Assembly: GCA_945861565.1 (NCBI GenBank)
Contig: CAMAUY010000011.1
Coordinates: forward strand, 6,444-70,443
DNA from: Akkermansia muciniphila
GTDB lineage: Bacteria > Verrucomicrobiota > Verrucomicrobiia > Limisphaerales > UBA9464
Direction of reading: 5' to 3'
Length of the DNA: 64,000 nucleotides
Positions 1 to 10,373 of this stretch are shown here, one piece after another. The notes beneath the pieces are model-generated. The model made no database searches. It was given only the letters and a program-made list of their open reading frames with translations, and was not told the origin of the DNA. A program made the position numbers and the translations under genes. Each line of letters opens with the position of its first letter. Within the stretch, counting starts at the first letter, position 1.

Positions 1-1563
1 CTGGATTTGAAGGCCCTCAGCAAGCAGCAGGTATCCCGATTGGACGGGAATGTCCGCATGTTCTCAACGCAGTGGACCAATTTCGTCGAGGTGACGATTA
101 CGAACCCGCCCGCTGCGGCGGCCAGTGCTCCGCGGGGCGCCAAATTGGCGAGCAATGGAGAAGGGGGAGGCGGTACCACCGAAGGGACTACGGAAACTTT
201 GCACTTCGAGACGGGCTTTCACGTGTTAATCGTTGATATCGGCCTGACGGGACGTCAGCCCGTCGACGTCAAAAGCCTAACGACGCATGCCAAGCATGTG
301 ACGGTCCCGAACAGTGTTTCGATCAGTGGGAATCTTCTCATGGATGCGGAGGACCTTACGATAGGGGGCGACTTCTTTGCTCCGGAATTTAGTTCTGTGA
401 CGAATTTCCCCAACCTCACCTCGCTCACCAACAAGGGCTTCATCTTCACAGGGTCGAGAGATATTCACTTGGGGAGCCAGGGATCCCCGGCGATGAAGGT
501 GATCGAGAACTCGGGACGGATCATCGCGTCCGGTCAATTCTACAAATCCGATCGTTTCGTGAACCGAGGTCTTATGACCAACAGTGGTCAGCAGGAGATC
601 GGAATTGAGAGCAAGAGCTTGATCATGGAAAATGGAACCATGGGATCCGTGGGTGAGATCATGCTGAAGACGGATGACTTCGTGACGCTCGACAACACGC
701 TGGTCTCGGATTCCTTCCTAACGCTGGAGATCAGTTCGAGTATCACGGACACGGTTGCGCGGCGTGGTTCCACCATTTCGGCCGGCCGTGGTATTACCTT
801 GGCTCGAAAACCCCTGCGCGGTGATTTTATGGCTACAAGAGTCCAGCTTTCCTTGCCGGCGCTTTATAGGTCGGCGACCTTGGATTGGGCGGGAAGTGAC
901 CTGGGGGTAAATGTCACTGGTTTTAGCAATAATGCTGCCGTTGGAATTCTTTCTTTCCGAGGCGATACGGGCACGAGGTTCGACGTCTCTCGGTCTTCCG
1001 GTCCCGGTGCCATCTACGTCGATATGCTCGATATCGGTACGAACATGCTCCAGGAGCTCGAGTCGTTCTTTAGAATCGCGCCGAATTTTACCATCTATTA
1101 CGCAGCGGCGACGAATGAACTGGCCGAAGTTCTCGACGGAGAACTCGACGGGAGACTTCGTTGGGTTTCTGCGTTCCTGGGACCTTACAGCACGGTCGAG
1201 GTTGCTCTTGAGAACGGTGAAACCGTGAAGGTCAACAAAGGCGTCGCGGAAAGTTTGGAGTTGGATTACGACGGGGACGGTACACCCAACGGATTGGATC
1301 CGTACCCTTTTGAGACTCCCGTCGTGAAGATTGATTCGATCTCTGTCGTGAACAAGCCGCCCCAGACTGCGATTGTCGTTTGGACGGCGGCTCCAATGTC
1401 CTCCTATATACTCGAAAGTATTAGCACTTTAAAATCGACGAATTGGGTTACGGTGAAGTCGATCTCTAATCCGGCCACGGCCCCCGCCCCGCTCTCGGTC
1501 GAGGACGTGGTGCCTCCTTCCAGCTTCGAGAAGTACTATCGCTTGCGCTTGGTTCTTCCGTAG
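1..1563 (+). CDS. C-terminal part of a large secreted repeat protein (5' end outside window)
   Basis: Frame 1 is open from base 1, so the gene continues upstream. It has degenerate beta-helix-like repeats (GNLLMDAEDLTIGG, NKGFIFTGSRDIHLG, ENSGRIIASG), a thrombospondin-type-3-like motif DYDGDGTPNGLDPYP, and a ~75-aa C-terminal module ending YYRLRL. A terminator follows. Confidence 0.6.
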   Translation: MDLKALSKQQVSRLDGNVRMFSTQWTNFVEVTITNPPAAAASAPRGAKLASNGEGGGGTTEGTTETLHFETGFHVLIVDIGLTGRQPVDVKSLTTHAKHVTVPNSVSISGNLLMDAEDLTIGGDFFAPEFSSVTNFPNLTSLTNKGFIFTGSRDIHLGSQGSPAMKVIENSGRIIASGQFYKSDRFVNRGLMTNSGQQEIGIESKSLIMENGTMGSVGEIMLKTDDFVTLDNTLVSDSFLTLEISSSITDTVARRGSTISAGRGITLARKPLRGDFMATRVQLSLPALYRSATLDWAGSDLGVNVTGFSNNAAVGILSFRGDTGTRFDVSRSSGPGAIYVDMLDIGTNMLQELESFFRIAPNFTIYYAAATNELAEVLDGELDGRLRWVSAFLGPYSTVEVALENGETVKVNKGVAESLELDYDGDGTPNGLDPYPFETPVVKIDSISVVNKPPQTAIVVWTAAPMSSYILESISTLKSTNWVTVKSISNPATAPAPLSVEDVVPPSSFEKYYRLRLVLP

Positions 1564-1601
1564 TTGTCGGCGCTCAATCGCTGGCTGTATTTCGGCCAAC
1601 A

Positions 1602-1629
1602 GCCGTGCTATCAGAGCACGGCCTTTTTT
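1602..1629 (+). terminator. Rho-independent terminator
   Basis: GCCGTGCT-atcag-AGCACGGC hairpin followed by CTTTTTTG, 39 bp after the stop at 1563. Confidence 0.75.
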
Positions 1630-1704
1630 GTCCACGGAATTGGGAAAAGCGCGGACTTCGCTTCTGACGAATAACGAGTCGAAGGACGGCACGGATCACC
1701 TTCC

Positions 1705-2295
1705 ATGATTGCGATTGGTATAACCGGCGGGATCGGAATGGGTAAATCCACGGCTTCGGCGTGGTTGAGTTCGCAGGGAGAATCCGTTTGCGACACGGAT
1801 GTTCTGGCCCGGGATTTGGTTGAGCCCGGCCAGCCGGCGTTGAGGGAGATCACGGATCGATTTGGGCCCAATGCCTTGGAGTCGGATGGCCGGCTTAATC
1901 GACGATGGCTCGCCGAACGGGTTTTCAGCGATGGTTCAGCCCGCGATGAGCTTGAGCAGATCCTGCACCCGAGGATTCACGCGCAATGGAAATTGTGGCT
2001 GACACAGATCCGTCAACAGGGAGCCGCCCGGGCGTTCGTGGTTATCCCGTTGCTTTTTGAAAAGGGCTACGAATCGGGGTTCGACCAGGTTGTTTGCCTC
2101 GGGTGTACGCCTGGAACGCAGCGACGACGGTTGCTTGAAAGGGGTTGGAATGACTCGCAAATATCGCAACGAAATGCCGCCCAATTGACGACCGATTTCA
2201 AAATGGCTCGTTCCAATTTTGTCGTCTGGACGGAAGGGCTCCTGCAGCTTCATGAAGCTCAATGGCCTCTCGTCGTCGCGCGGCTCGCGGGCTGA
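1705..2295 (+). CDS. coaE: Dephospho-CoA kinase
   Basis: N-terminus MIAIGITGGIGMGKST (P-loop), ~196 aa, CoaE-typical layout. Confidence 0.9.
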   Translation: MIAIGITGGIGMGKSTASAWLSSQGESVCDTDVLARDLVEPGQPALREITDRFGPNALESDGRLNRRWLAERVFSDGSARDELEQILHPRIHAQWKLWLTQIRQQGAARAFVVIPLLFEKGYESGFDQVVCLGCTPGTQRRRLLERGWNDSQISQRNAAQLTTDFKMARSNFVVWTEGLLQLHEAQWPLVVARLAG

Positions 2296-2306
2296 TGGCC
2301 ACTGGA

Positions 2307-2876
2307 TTATTTGCTTCCGGGCTTCACTGCGGGTGTTGCCGCGAGATCCGCTGGGAGTTGCTCCGGGGAAAATGTTTCAACCTCCAGCGCAATCAGCGAG
2401 AACGTCGGAACTCCCAACGCTACTTTTCCGTTGGAACGATCCACGATCATGCCCACTCCGACCACGGTGCCGCCGTGACGGCGAACAATCTCCATGGTTT
2501 CGTTCACACGGCCTCCCTTTGTCACAACGTCTTCCACCACCAGGCAACGCTCGCCCGGTCCGATTTTGAATCCCCGGCGGAGGACCAAGTTTCCGCAGTC
2601 ATCCTTTTCGGCAAAGAGGAACCGGCATCCCAACTGGCGTGCTACCTCCTGCCCAATCACCAACCCACCCAGTGCTGGGGCGATGACAGTTCTCGGCTGC
2701 AGATGTCGAACCTTGGCGCTGAGCGCAGCTCCGAATCGCTCGACCAGCGGCATTTCCTGCAGCGCGAGGGCGCATTGAAAAAACTGCCGGCTGTGCAGAC
2801 CGCTTCGCAGGACAAAATGGCCGTCCAGCAGGGCACCCGTATGGCGGAATAACTGCAGTGCATCGGTCGTTGTCAT
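2307..2876 (-). CDS. pyrE: Orotate phosphoribosyltransferase
   Basis: 189 aa. PRPP-binding motif CLVVEDVVTKGGRV and the GHFVLRSGLHS N-terminal region typical of PyrE. Confidence 0.88.
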   Translation of the reverse strand: MTTTDALQLFRHTGALLDGHFVLRSGLHSRQFFQCALALQEMPLVERFGAALSAKVRHLQPRTVIAPALGGLVIGQEVARQLGCRFLFAEKDDCGNLVLRRGFKIGPGERCLVVEDVVTKGGRVNETMEIVRRHGGTVVGVGMIVDRSNGKVALGVPTFSLIALEVETFSPEQLPADLAATPAVKPGSK

Positions 2877-2925
2877 TGACGGCCGAGCCTACGAGGCCAT
2901 CCGACTGCGACAAGCTTGAATCCCT

Positions 2926-3594
2926 TCATATCTTTGCTGCGGACGGGCAGAGGGTTTTAAGTTCGCAGCCCGGACAGTCCGGCTTTCTTGCCTTGCACCG
3001 GCGCCGACCGTGCCAGATCAGCCAATGGCTGAAAGCAGTCCAATATTCCACGGAAACGAGCCGCCGAAGAGCTTGCTCAATTTTCACTGGAGATGATTCG
3101 GAAGTCAGCCCGAGGCGCTGTGCGAGTCGGGCGACGTGTGTATCGACCACAATACCCAGATTCAGTCCAAAGGCGGTTCCGAGCAAAACATTCGCTGTCT
3201 TGCGACCCACGCCCGCGAGAGCGGTTAACTCGGCCATCGTCCGTGGCACCTCTCCTCCGTGCCGGTCAACCAGTGCTCGACAGCAGGCCTGAATGTTTCG
3301 GGCTTTACTGCGATATAACCCGATGCGCCGGATGTCTTCGGCCAACTGGGAGGGATCTGTCTCCGCAAAATCGCGGGGCGTTCGGTACTGGTGGAACAAG
3401 TCGGCGGTTACGACATTGACTTGCCGGTCGGTCGATTGGGCGGAGAGAATTGTCGCGATGAGGAGCTCGAACGGTGAGCGGTGCTTGAGTTCGCAGTGAG
3501 CATCGGGGTAACTGACCCCGAGCACCGCAATGATCTGGGCGCTCCTTTCTTGGCGATCGAGGTGAGATTCGCGAAGCATGCGGCGGCTGGCCAA
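2926..3594 (-). CDS. nth: Endonuclease III
   Basis: HhH-GPD core (LTALAGVGRKTANVLL) and a C-terminal 4Fe-4S cluster loop CKARKPDCPGCELKTLCP. Confidence 0.9.
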   Translation of the reverse strand: MASRRMLRESHLDRQERSAQIIAVLGVSYPDAHCELKHRSPFELLIATILSAQSTDRQVNVVTADLFHQYRTPRDFAETDPSQLAEDIRRIGLYRSKARNIQACCRALVDRHGGEVPRTMAELTALAGVGRKTANVLLGTAFGLNLGIVVDTHVARLAQRLGLTSESSPVKIEQALRRLVSVEYWTAFSHWLIWHGRRRCKARKPDCPGCELKTLCPSAAKI

Positions 3595-3633
3595 TGATAA
3601 GCCGAGACGGGGCGAACGGGCGGGCCTGGCGAT

Positions 3634-5079
3634 TCAGCGGTCCTTCGGGCTTGCGTCCCGGTAGGCCTCGGCGAGAAGTGTTATCGGGTGGACAATACGC
3701 AGGTTCAAGCCTCGTTGGCGGCACCCGTTTTGGATTTGAAGCAGGCAACCGGGATTGCCGGTAGCGACCGTGGTGGCTCCGGTTGTAACGATATGATCGA
3801 CTTTGCGATCGAGGAGTTGTCCTGCCATCTCGGGCTGCGTGAGATTGTAGATGCCGGCGCTCCCGCAGCACCATGTGGATTCGGGGAGCTCGATCAGTTG
3901 GACTCCAGGAATCGCCTTCAATATCTGTCTCGGCTGGTTGGTGATCTTCTGCCCATGACAGAGGTGGCACGCCTCGTGGTAGGTCACCCGCTGGGCCACC
4001 ACCGCAGATGTCACCGGCAGTTGCACGCCAATTTCCACCAACCACTCGTGGATGTCTTTTACCTTGCGGTCCCATTCGGCCGCGCGAGTCGCGTAGAGGG
4101 GGTCGCCGGCGAGCAAATGGGAATAATGCTTGAGATGCGATCCGCATCCAGCTGCATTGGTGATGATTGCGTTATATTGCTCGGGCGGAAATTGGTCGAT
4201 CGCTTTTCGGGCGAGAGTTTGGGCCAGTTCCCACTCTCCGTTATGAGCGTGCAGCGAGCCGCAGCATCCCTGCTCGGGAGGCGTATGGACTTCGCACCCG
4301 CTCTGGGCCAGGACCTCGACCGTGTCTCGGTTGACATCGCTAAAAATCAAGTCCTGGGCGCAACCCGTCAGCATCGCAACCCGGTATCGTGCTTTCCCGC
4401 GGGATGGCGTCACCGGTGAGATCAAGTCCGAAGAGAAGTTTGGTTGGATCGTCGGAGTCATGGCCTCAAGTTCCCTGAGGCGGCGGGGAAGGAGATTGAG
4501 GATGCCGCTTCGGCGCACGAGCGTTTGCAGGCCGAGTTGCTGCCAAAGCCGCAGGAGAGAGCCCACCCACTGGAGCCGGGCGTTTTCCATGAAAAGCCAC
4601 CGTAATGTAAATCCCCGGATGAGCGATCGCCGTGGCGAGTTCAAGACTCCAACGCGCTCGGCTTCAGCACGCGCGTGCTCGAAAAGTTCAGCGTAATTGA
4701 CGCCGGCGGGACAGGCTGTCATGCAGGCAAGACAGCCCAGACAGAAATACATTTCGTCGGCAAATGCCTTGGTCGGTTCAAGGCGATCGTCCGCGATGGC
4801 GCGCATCAGTGCGATGCGTCCCCGTGGACTGTTCCGTTCGAGTTGGGTTGCGTCATAGGTGGGACAGGTCGGCAGGCACAGGCCGCAGTGCATGCACTGT
4901 TGGACCACCGAGTAGTCAAGATCCTTGAGGTGAGATCGGACGCCGGACATCGTGTGTTGGAGAGTGGCGGTCTCGACGGGAGGTGTCGCTAGGAAAATCG
5001 GCTTAACCTCATCTTGTGGTTGTTTGACGGAGCGTGAATGTCTGGTACGGTGTTTTGGGACTTCAGATTGTGTGGGCAA
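3634..5079 (-). CDS. GlcF/heterodisulfide-reductase-like (Fe-S) oxidoreductase
   Basis: Two ferredoxin-type motifs (CMHCGLCLPTCPTY, CLGCLACMTACPAG) followed by two cysteine-rich CCG-type halves. No glcD/glcE neighbour. ATG at 4950 is an alternative start that removes a 43-aa basic extension. Confidence 0.7.
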   Translation of the reverse strand: MPTQSEVPKHRTRHSRSVKQPQDEVKPIFLATPPVETATLQHTMSGVRSHLKDLDYSVVQQCMHCGLCLPTCPTYDATQLERNSPRGRIALMRAIADDRLEPTKAFADEMYFCLGCLACMTACPAGVNYAELFEHARAEAERVGVLNSPRRSLIRGFTLRWLFMENARLQWVGSLLRLWQQLGLQTLVRRSGILNLLPRRLRELEAMTPTIQPNFSSDLISPVTPSRGKARYRVAMLTGCAQDLIFSDVNRDTVEVLAQSGCEVHTPPEQGCCGSLHAHNGEWELAQTLARKAIDQFPPEQYNAIITNAAGCGSHLKHYSHLLAGDPLYATRAAEWDRKVKDIHEWLVEIGVQLPVTSAVVAQRVTYHEACHLCHGQKITNQPRQILKAIPGVQLIELPESTWCCGSAGIYNLTQPEMAGQLLDRKVDHIVTTGATTVATGNPGCLLQIQNGCRQRGLNLRIVHPITLLAEAYRDASPKDR

Positions 5080-5417
5080 ATTTTTCCAAGACGAAGCCTT
5101 GGGTAACGGCCGATGCCGGCGGCTTGGTCATTACCCTTCTGCCGTCGCAGTTCACACCCCGCCGCTGTGGTTTGGAATTTGATTCGCAGTGCCGTTGGCC
5201 TTTGTTCTCGGAGCTAAAAATATCCGTCCGGACCGCCGGGCGGGAGTTCTTGGTCTGCGCGGAGGTTGTTGCGTGCGACCCGGTCGACGGTGGAATGTGG
5301 CGGGTAGCCATCTTTTTCCTTCAGATTTCGAGCCGCCCCTCTCAGATTCAATGGCTGGTTGCCTAGCGCCTTCCGGGCGACTCCGATGCGGCACCGGCTG
5401 TGAAGCTTGTATTTATT

Positions 5418-6506
5418 ATGGAATTACTTCGAGGAATTTTGAAAGCCGCCGTCGATGGCGGTGCATCCGACATCCACATCAAGGTCGGTGCTCCGGTCAT
5501 TGTTCGAATCAATCGCCAGTTGATTGCGGTTGATGCGCCGTCACCGACCACGGCATGGCTCGACAACGTGGTCGAGAAAATGGTCCCGTCGCATGCAAAA
5601 AAGCGGCTGGAGGAGGATCGGGAAGTTGACTTCAGTTACTTCGAGCAGGGCATTGGACGGTTCCGCACGAACATTTTTCAGCAGCGGGGAAGCTTCGCTC
5701 TGGCGATGCGTTACGTGAAGACGCAGGTGCCGAGCTTTGAAGAGTTGGGACTTTTGCCCATCATCAAGGAAATCGCCAAGGCTCCGCGCGGCATCGTCCT
5801 CGTGGCCGGAACGACTGGCTGCGGAAAGTCGACGACTCTGGCCGCGATGATCGAGCACATTAATGCCAGCTTCAAGAAGCACATTATCACTCTCGAAGAT
5901 CCAATTGAATTTGTCTTTGACGATAACCAAAGCGTGATCGAACAGCGGGAAATCGGGCTGGACAGTGCCAGCTTTGAGCAGGGGCTCAAACACGTGCTCC
6001 GCCAGGATCCCGACATCATCATGGTCGGTGAGATGCGAGATTCCATTTCCTTTCAGGCCGCCATGAGCGCTGCCGATACGGGACATTTGGTTCTCTCAAC
6101 GTTGCATACGCAGAATGCCGCGCAATCGATCGGACGAATTCTCGATTTCTTCCGTCCCGAAGAGCGGGAACAAATCCGGCGCCAGTTGGCTGCAACGCTC
6201 CGGGCCGTCATTTGCCAACGAATGGTTGGAACCATCTCCGGAGGGGTGACTCCGGCACTGGAGATCTTGATTAACACCCCGACGGTAAGAAAAATGCTGG
6301 AAGAAAACCGCCTGGAAAAAATCGGAGCGGCCATCGAAACGGCTCGTGACGACGGCATGCAGACGTTTAATCAGGCGATGTACGATCTCGTGAAGGAGCG
6401 CAAAATCTCCGAGAAAGAGGCCCTCACCAAAGCGAGCAATCCGCAGGCGCTTGAAATGATGTTCAAGGGAATTTTCCTCGACGAAGGACGCCGGATTCTC
6501 TCCTAG
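5418..6506 (+). CDS. pilT: Type IV pilus retraction ATPase PilT family
   Basis: MELLRGILKAAVDGGASDIHIKVG N-terminus, Walker A GTTGCGKST, PilT-type core. The listed ORF begins at GTG 5400. ATG 5418 fits the family N-terminus better. Confidence 0.85.
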   Translation: MELLRGILKAAVDGGASDIHIKVGAPVIVRINRQLIAVDAPSPTTAWLDNVVEKMVPSHAKKRLEEDREVDFSYFEQGIGRFRTNIFQQRGSFALAMRYVKTQVPSFEELGLLPIIKEIAKAPRGIVLVAGTTGCGKSTTLAAMIEHINASFKKHIITLEDPIEFVFDDNQSVIEQREIGLDSASFEQGLKHVLRQDPDIIMVGEMRDSISFQAAMSAADTGHLVLSTLHTQNAAQSIGRILDFFRPEEREQIRRQLAATLRAVICQRMVGTISGGVTPALEILINTPTVRKMLEENRLEKIGAAIETARDDGMQTFNQAMYDLVKERKISEKEALTKASNPQALEMMFKGIFLDEGRRILS

Positions 6507-6519
6507 CGGCCCGCAAGCA

Positions 6520-7794
6520 TCACGCCGCAGCGGCAGATTGCTTCCGAACCAGCATCGGCTTGGCTTCCCCCCGGACGACTGCCCGATTGATCCTGACGCC
6601 TATGACGTCTCCAGAACCGGGAAGTTCGAACATCACGTCTCTCATCAATCGTTCCATCATGGCACGCAGGGCCCGGGCCCCCGTCCCTTTCCGGATGGCT
6701 TGAGTGGCAAGCTCACGGACGGCATCCGGCGTCAGCACCAGATTTGCTCCATCCAATGACAACAGCCGGGAGAATTGCTTCACCAGAGCGTTCTTCGGTT
6801 CGGTGAGAATCTGCACCAGCTGATCTTCCGATAGCTCGTCCAAAATCGTCACAACGGGAAGACGGCCGATAAACTCAGGGATGAAACCGTAGGTCAGCAG
6901 ATCTTCGGGCTCGATTTTATGAAGAATTTCCTGCGTCGTTACCTTGGCGGCTTCGATGGATTCCGGACCCGCGGAAAATCCCATGACGCGCCGGCCAAGG
7001 CGCCGTTGAATCACGCGGTCAATGCCCACAAACGCTCCGCCACAAATGAACAAGATATTGGTTGTATCGACCTTGATGTACTCCTGCTGAGGATGTTTGC
7101 GCCCCCCCTGCGGCGGCACACTGCAGAGGGTCCCTTCTAAAATCTTCAGCAAACCCTGCTGAACTCCTTCGCCGCTCACGTCCCGGGTAATTGACACATT
7201 TTCCGTCTTGCGCGCGATCTTGTCGATTTCGTCAATGTACACGATTCCAACCTGTGCCCGCTTGACGTCGTAGTCGGCATTGTGCAGCAGGCGGAGGATG
7301 ATGTTTTCAACGTCCTCCCCCACGTATCCAGCCTCCGTGATCGAGGTGGCATCGGCGATCGCAAAGGGAACATCCAGCATTCGCGCCAACGTTCGGGCCA
7401 GCATCGTCTTCCCCGAACCCGTCGGCCCCACCACCAGCACGTTGCTTTTTTCCAGTTCAACACCGCTTTCGGTGAGCGCGGGAGTTTCGGCCCCCACGCC
7501 ATTCGACAAGATCCGCTTGTAGTGGTTGTAAACCGCGACCGCGAGTGTTCGTTTGGCCTCGTCCTGGCCAATGACAAACTGATCCAGATGGGCTTTGATC
7601 GCAGCAGGCTTCGGGACTGTCAGCGAGTGAACCTGCTTCTGGACGTCCTGTTTCAGTTCCTTATCGAGGAGCGTCTTGCAAGTCACCACGCAGGTATCAC
7701 AGATGTACACTCCGGGACCGGCGATCAGCTTTTTCACCTCGGCACGCGACTTGCCGCAAAAGCTGCACATCGTGATCTGGGATGCTCTGGCCAT
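6520..7794 (-). CDS. clpX: ATP-dependent Clp protease ATP-binding subunit ClpX
   Basis: N-terminal C4 zinc finger (CSFCGK...CDTC), Walker A GPTGSGKT, full-length ClpX-like, directly downstream of clpP. Confidence 0.95.
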   Translation of the reverse strand: MARASQITMCSFCGKSRAEVKKLIAGPGVYICDTCVVTCKTLLDKELKQDVQKQVHSLTVPKPAAIKAHLDQFVIGQDEAKRTLAVAVYNHYKRILSNGVGAETPALTESGVELEKSNVLVVGPTGSGKTMLARTLARMLDVPFAIADATSITEAGYVGEDVENIILRLLHNADYDVKRAQVGIVYIDEIDKIARKTENVSITRDVSGEGVQQGLLKILEGTLCSVPPQGGRKHPQQEYIKVDTTNILFICGGAFVGIDRVIQRRLGRRVMGFSAGPESIEAAKVTTQEILHKIEPEDLLTYGFIPEFIGRLPVVTILDELSEDQLVQILTEPKNALVKQFSRLLSLDGANLVLTPDAVRELATQAIRKGTGARALRAMMERLMRDVMFELPGSGDVIGVRINRAVVRGEAKPMLVRKQSAAAA

Positions 7795-7824
7795 AGGCGG
7801 GCAAAAAGTGGAAGGGGCGGGTGA

Positions 7825-8472
7825 TCAGGGAACCTTTGGCGCGTCGGTCGCGACCAGGGTGGGAATTTCCCGACGACTTGCAACGACCTCATCGACCAGT
7901 CCAAATGATTTGGCGTCCTCGGCGCTCATAAAATTGTCACGGTCGCAGGCCTTCTCGACCGTGGCATAGGGCTGGCCGGTGTGTTTACTGAGAATGGCAT
8001 TGAGACGCTGTTTGAGCTTCAGCATATAGTTCACTCGGATTTCAACATCGCTTGCCTGGCCTTCCGCACCACCGAGGACTTGGTGAATCATGATGTTGGC
8101 ATTCGGCAGGGCAAATCGTTTTCCCTTCGTGCCCCCCGCCAGAAGGACGGCTCCCATGCTCGCGGCCTGCCCGATACAGTAGGTGTTCACGTCGCAGGTT
8201 AGCCATTGCATCGTATCGTAAATCGCCAAGCCTGCGGTGACGCTACCACCCGGCGAATTGATGTAAAAATGAATGTCCTTCTTCGGATCATTCATCTGGA
8301 GGAAGAGAAACTGCGCGACAATCACATTCGCCACCATGTCATCCACCGGCGTGCCGAGGAAGATTATCCGGTCCACCAGCAGTCGCGAGTAAAGGTCATA
8401 ACCCCGCTCCCCACGGCCAGTCTGTTCAATGACGTATGGAATAGAGAAATTTTGGATGAGCTCGTTTTTCAA
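7825..8472 (-). CDS. clpP: ATP-dependent Clp protease proteolytic subunit
   Basis: [20 protein letters not shown], catalytic Ser context GQAASMG, His context MIHQ. TTG start as listed. Confidence 0.93.
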   Translation of the reverse strand: MKNELIQNFSIPYVIEQTGRGERGYDLYSRLLVDRIIFLGTPVDDMVANVIVAQFLFLQMNDPKKDIHFYINSPGGSVTAGLAIYDTMQWLTCDVNTYCIGQAASMGAVLLAGGTKGKRFALPNANIMIHQVLGGAEGQASDVEIRVNYMLKLKQRLNAILSKHTGQPYATVEKACDRDNFMSAEDAKSFGLVDEVVASRREIPTLVATDAPKVP

Positions 8473-8550
8473 GGCACACCAAGGCTAGGAGGGGCACTCG
8501 GGACCGTCAAGGAGGCCCCCCTGCCCATGAACCGACTCCATTTCGCAATT

Positions 8551-8640
8551 CGAGGACGAAGAACGAGGACGAGGACGAGGACGACGACGAAGACGAGGAC
8601 GATTGGAAGGACCCCATTTGCGGCGCTTTCGTCCTCGTCC
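8551..8640. repeat. Purine-rich (GAC/GAG)n tract plus inverted repeat upstream of clpP
   Basis: 8551-8602 is cgaggacgaagaacgaggacgaggacgaggacgacgacgaagacgaggacga. GACGAGGACGA (8592-8602) pairs perfectly with TCGTCCTCGTC (8629-8639). An alternative 12-bp register uses 8567-8578. Confidence 0.8.
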
Positions 8641-8750
8641 GTCGATGGCGACGACCCTCACACCGACCTATGCACCGGAACGCACGGAGCGCGGTTCATG
8701 GCGCCCATGGCGCGCACTGTCAGATTTGGCGGACCCTCTCTTTAGGGAAG

Positions 8751-9248
8751 TTATCGGGTGGAAAACGTGACCTCCCCCGTTCGCCGGCCAGCCTTCAACT
8801 GTAGCCGGTATTTGACGCCCGCCTGCAACGGCTCCGGGTCGCGGCTTCCGGGCGCGGGTTTCATCCACGGAACCGACATGCCATAGACGATGATTTTTGA
8901 TGGAAACGAACGCGCCAGACCGCCCTTCAGGTGCCATAGGATCCGTCTGCCATTCGTCGTTTCCTCCGTTACCAGCACAGAGCTCAAACGGTAACGGGTA
9001 TCGAGGGAAAATACCACCGGACACACTCCGTTGGTTGATGTCGCAGCCGGGTCGGCGTTCCTGGATCGCGTGATAATCCTTGTCGCCCGCACCGATGGGA
9101 TGATTTCAATCGGGGTCGGGCTCAGCCAGTCCGTGAAGAAAATCACGTAAAACGGAATCAATCCAAGAAACAGCCACAGCAGTTTCCTCCGCCGAGAGAT
9201 ATTTGGCGCCGAAGGCACGGGGCGTTGAGCTCGTTGCGGAAAAGTCAT
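8751..9248 (-). CDS. Hypothetical membrane-anchored protein
   Basis: 165-aa ORF with one N-terminal TM segment (LLWLFLGLIPFYVIFF). No recognisable family. Confidence 0.4.
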   Translation of the reverse strand: MTFPQRAQRPVPSAPNISRRRKLLWLFLGLIPFYVIFFTDWLSPTPIEIIPSVRATRIITRSRNADPAATSTNGVCPVVFSLDTRYRLSSVLVTEETTNGRRILWHLKGGLARSFPSKIIVYGMSVPWMKPAPGSRDPEPLQAGVKYRLQLKAGRRTGEVTFSTR

Positions 9249-9318
9249 GATGAATTGGAATGGATCGAAAGGGATAAAGACCCCGTTTCTCGTTCTGATT
9301 CACGTTCAGGAGGTCGGG

Positions 9319-10104
9319 TTATTGACTGATGACGGGATTATTCCTCGTTTCGGGTGTCACCGCCCAGAGATTGACCGGGGAAAGGGTCTGTCCAAACCGG
9401 AAATACTGCATGCTTCCATCGATCATCGCATAGTTCGAACCGCCACCACGGCCCGTCCGCAGCGCGTTTCCGTGGCGGTTTTGGCGTAATTGAGCGATAT
9501 CGTCGAATTGGTCGAAGTCCATGTGAAAATGGAATGAAAAATCGTCCTTCTCACCGAAGAGACACGTGGCCGACGGTTCGGAAATGTCCGAATCGCGAAT
9601 GCTCAAGAGATTGGATCCGGTGGACCGAAACCCGGGCCACTGCTCCGGTGGCACGATTTTCTGGAAGTAATCATTCCAGCCGTTAATCAGATAGCTGCGT
9701 CTGGCGAACTCGGCCGGATGGGTTTGCGCCGTACCGAGGCTGGCTCCGGGAGTGGATCCTCGCGGGTCGCTCGGGCAACGGAAAATTGCGATGTTTGTGG
9801 ACTTGGAGCCGGGAAAAAGAAGGGGGAGTAGGACACTCGGCCAACGATTCGTTTGCACCCGAGGAATGAAGCGTCCCTGGTTGTCATCGACGTAAAGTCG
9901 CACGGCCATGCCGAGTTGCCGTTCATTGCTCATGCATGAGATTTTTTGCGCAGCCCCCTTGGCCCGCCCTAGGGCCGGCATCAGCATTGACAGCAAAATA
10001 CTGATGATTCCGATGACAACCAGCAATTCGACGAGCGTAAAGCCATGCGGGTCGCCCTGTCGGCCGCGTTCCACGGAATGCGATTTCTTGCCTATGCGAT
10101 GCAT
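9319..10104 (-). CDS. Prepilin-type N-terminal cleavage/methylation domain protein (DUF1559-like pseudopilin)
   Basis: GFTLVELLVVIGIISILLSMLMPAL signature. C-terminal RHGN...AMIDGS resembles the H-X-DG end of PVC pseudopilin-like proteins. Confidence 0.75.
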   Translation of the reverse strand: MHRIGKKSHSVERGRQGDPHGFTLVELLVVIGIISILLSMLMPALGRAKGAAQKISCMSNERQLGMAVRLYVDDNQGRFIPRVQTNRWPSVLLPLLFPGSKSTNIAIFRCPSDPRGSTPGASLGTAQTHPAEFARRSYLINGWNDYFQKIVPPEQWPGFRSTGSNLLSIRDSDISEPSATCLFGEKDDFSFHFHMDFDQFDDIAQLRQNRHGNALRTGRGGGSNYAMIDGSMQYFRFGQTLSPVNLWAVTPETRNNPVISQ

Positions 10105-10373
10105 AAGACACGATTGAGCGTAGCATTGTTACGGGAATCGAAAGTGAGGGCAAAATCGAAATCGACCACGCTCTCTACGGCAATCTGGCGGGAAAACATC
10201 TTTCGATAGGGACATTCGAAAGATAATCAGAAATCTTGCCATCTCCTCATCTCCGTGGAAGGGTCCGCATTGAAGTGTGTCCCCGATGGGCAAAACAAAT
10301 TCAAAAAAAACATTGACCCTCTCTGGGTCCTGTGGCAAAACAACTCCACACACGGAAACAAACTAAACAACTT

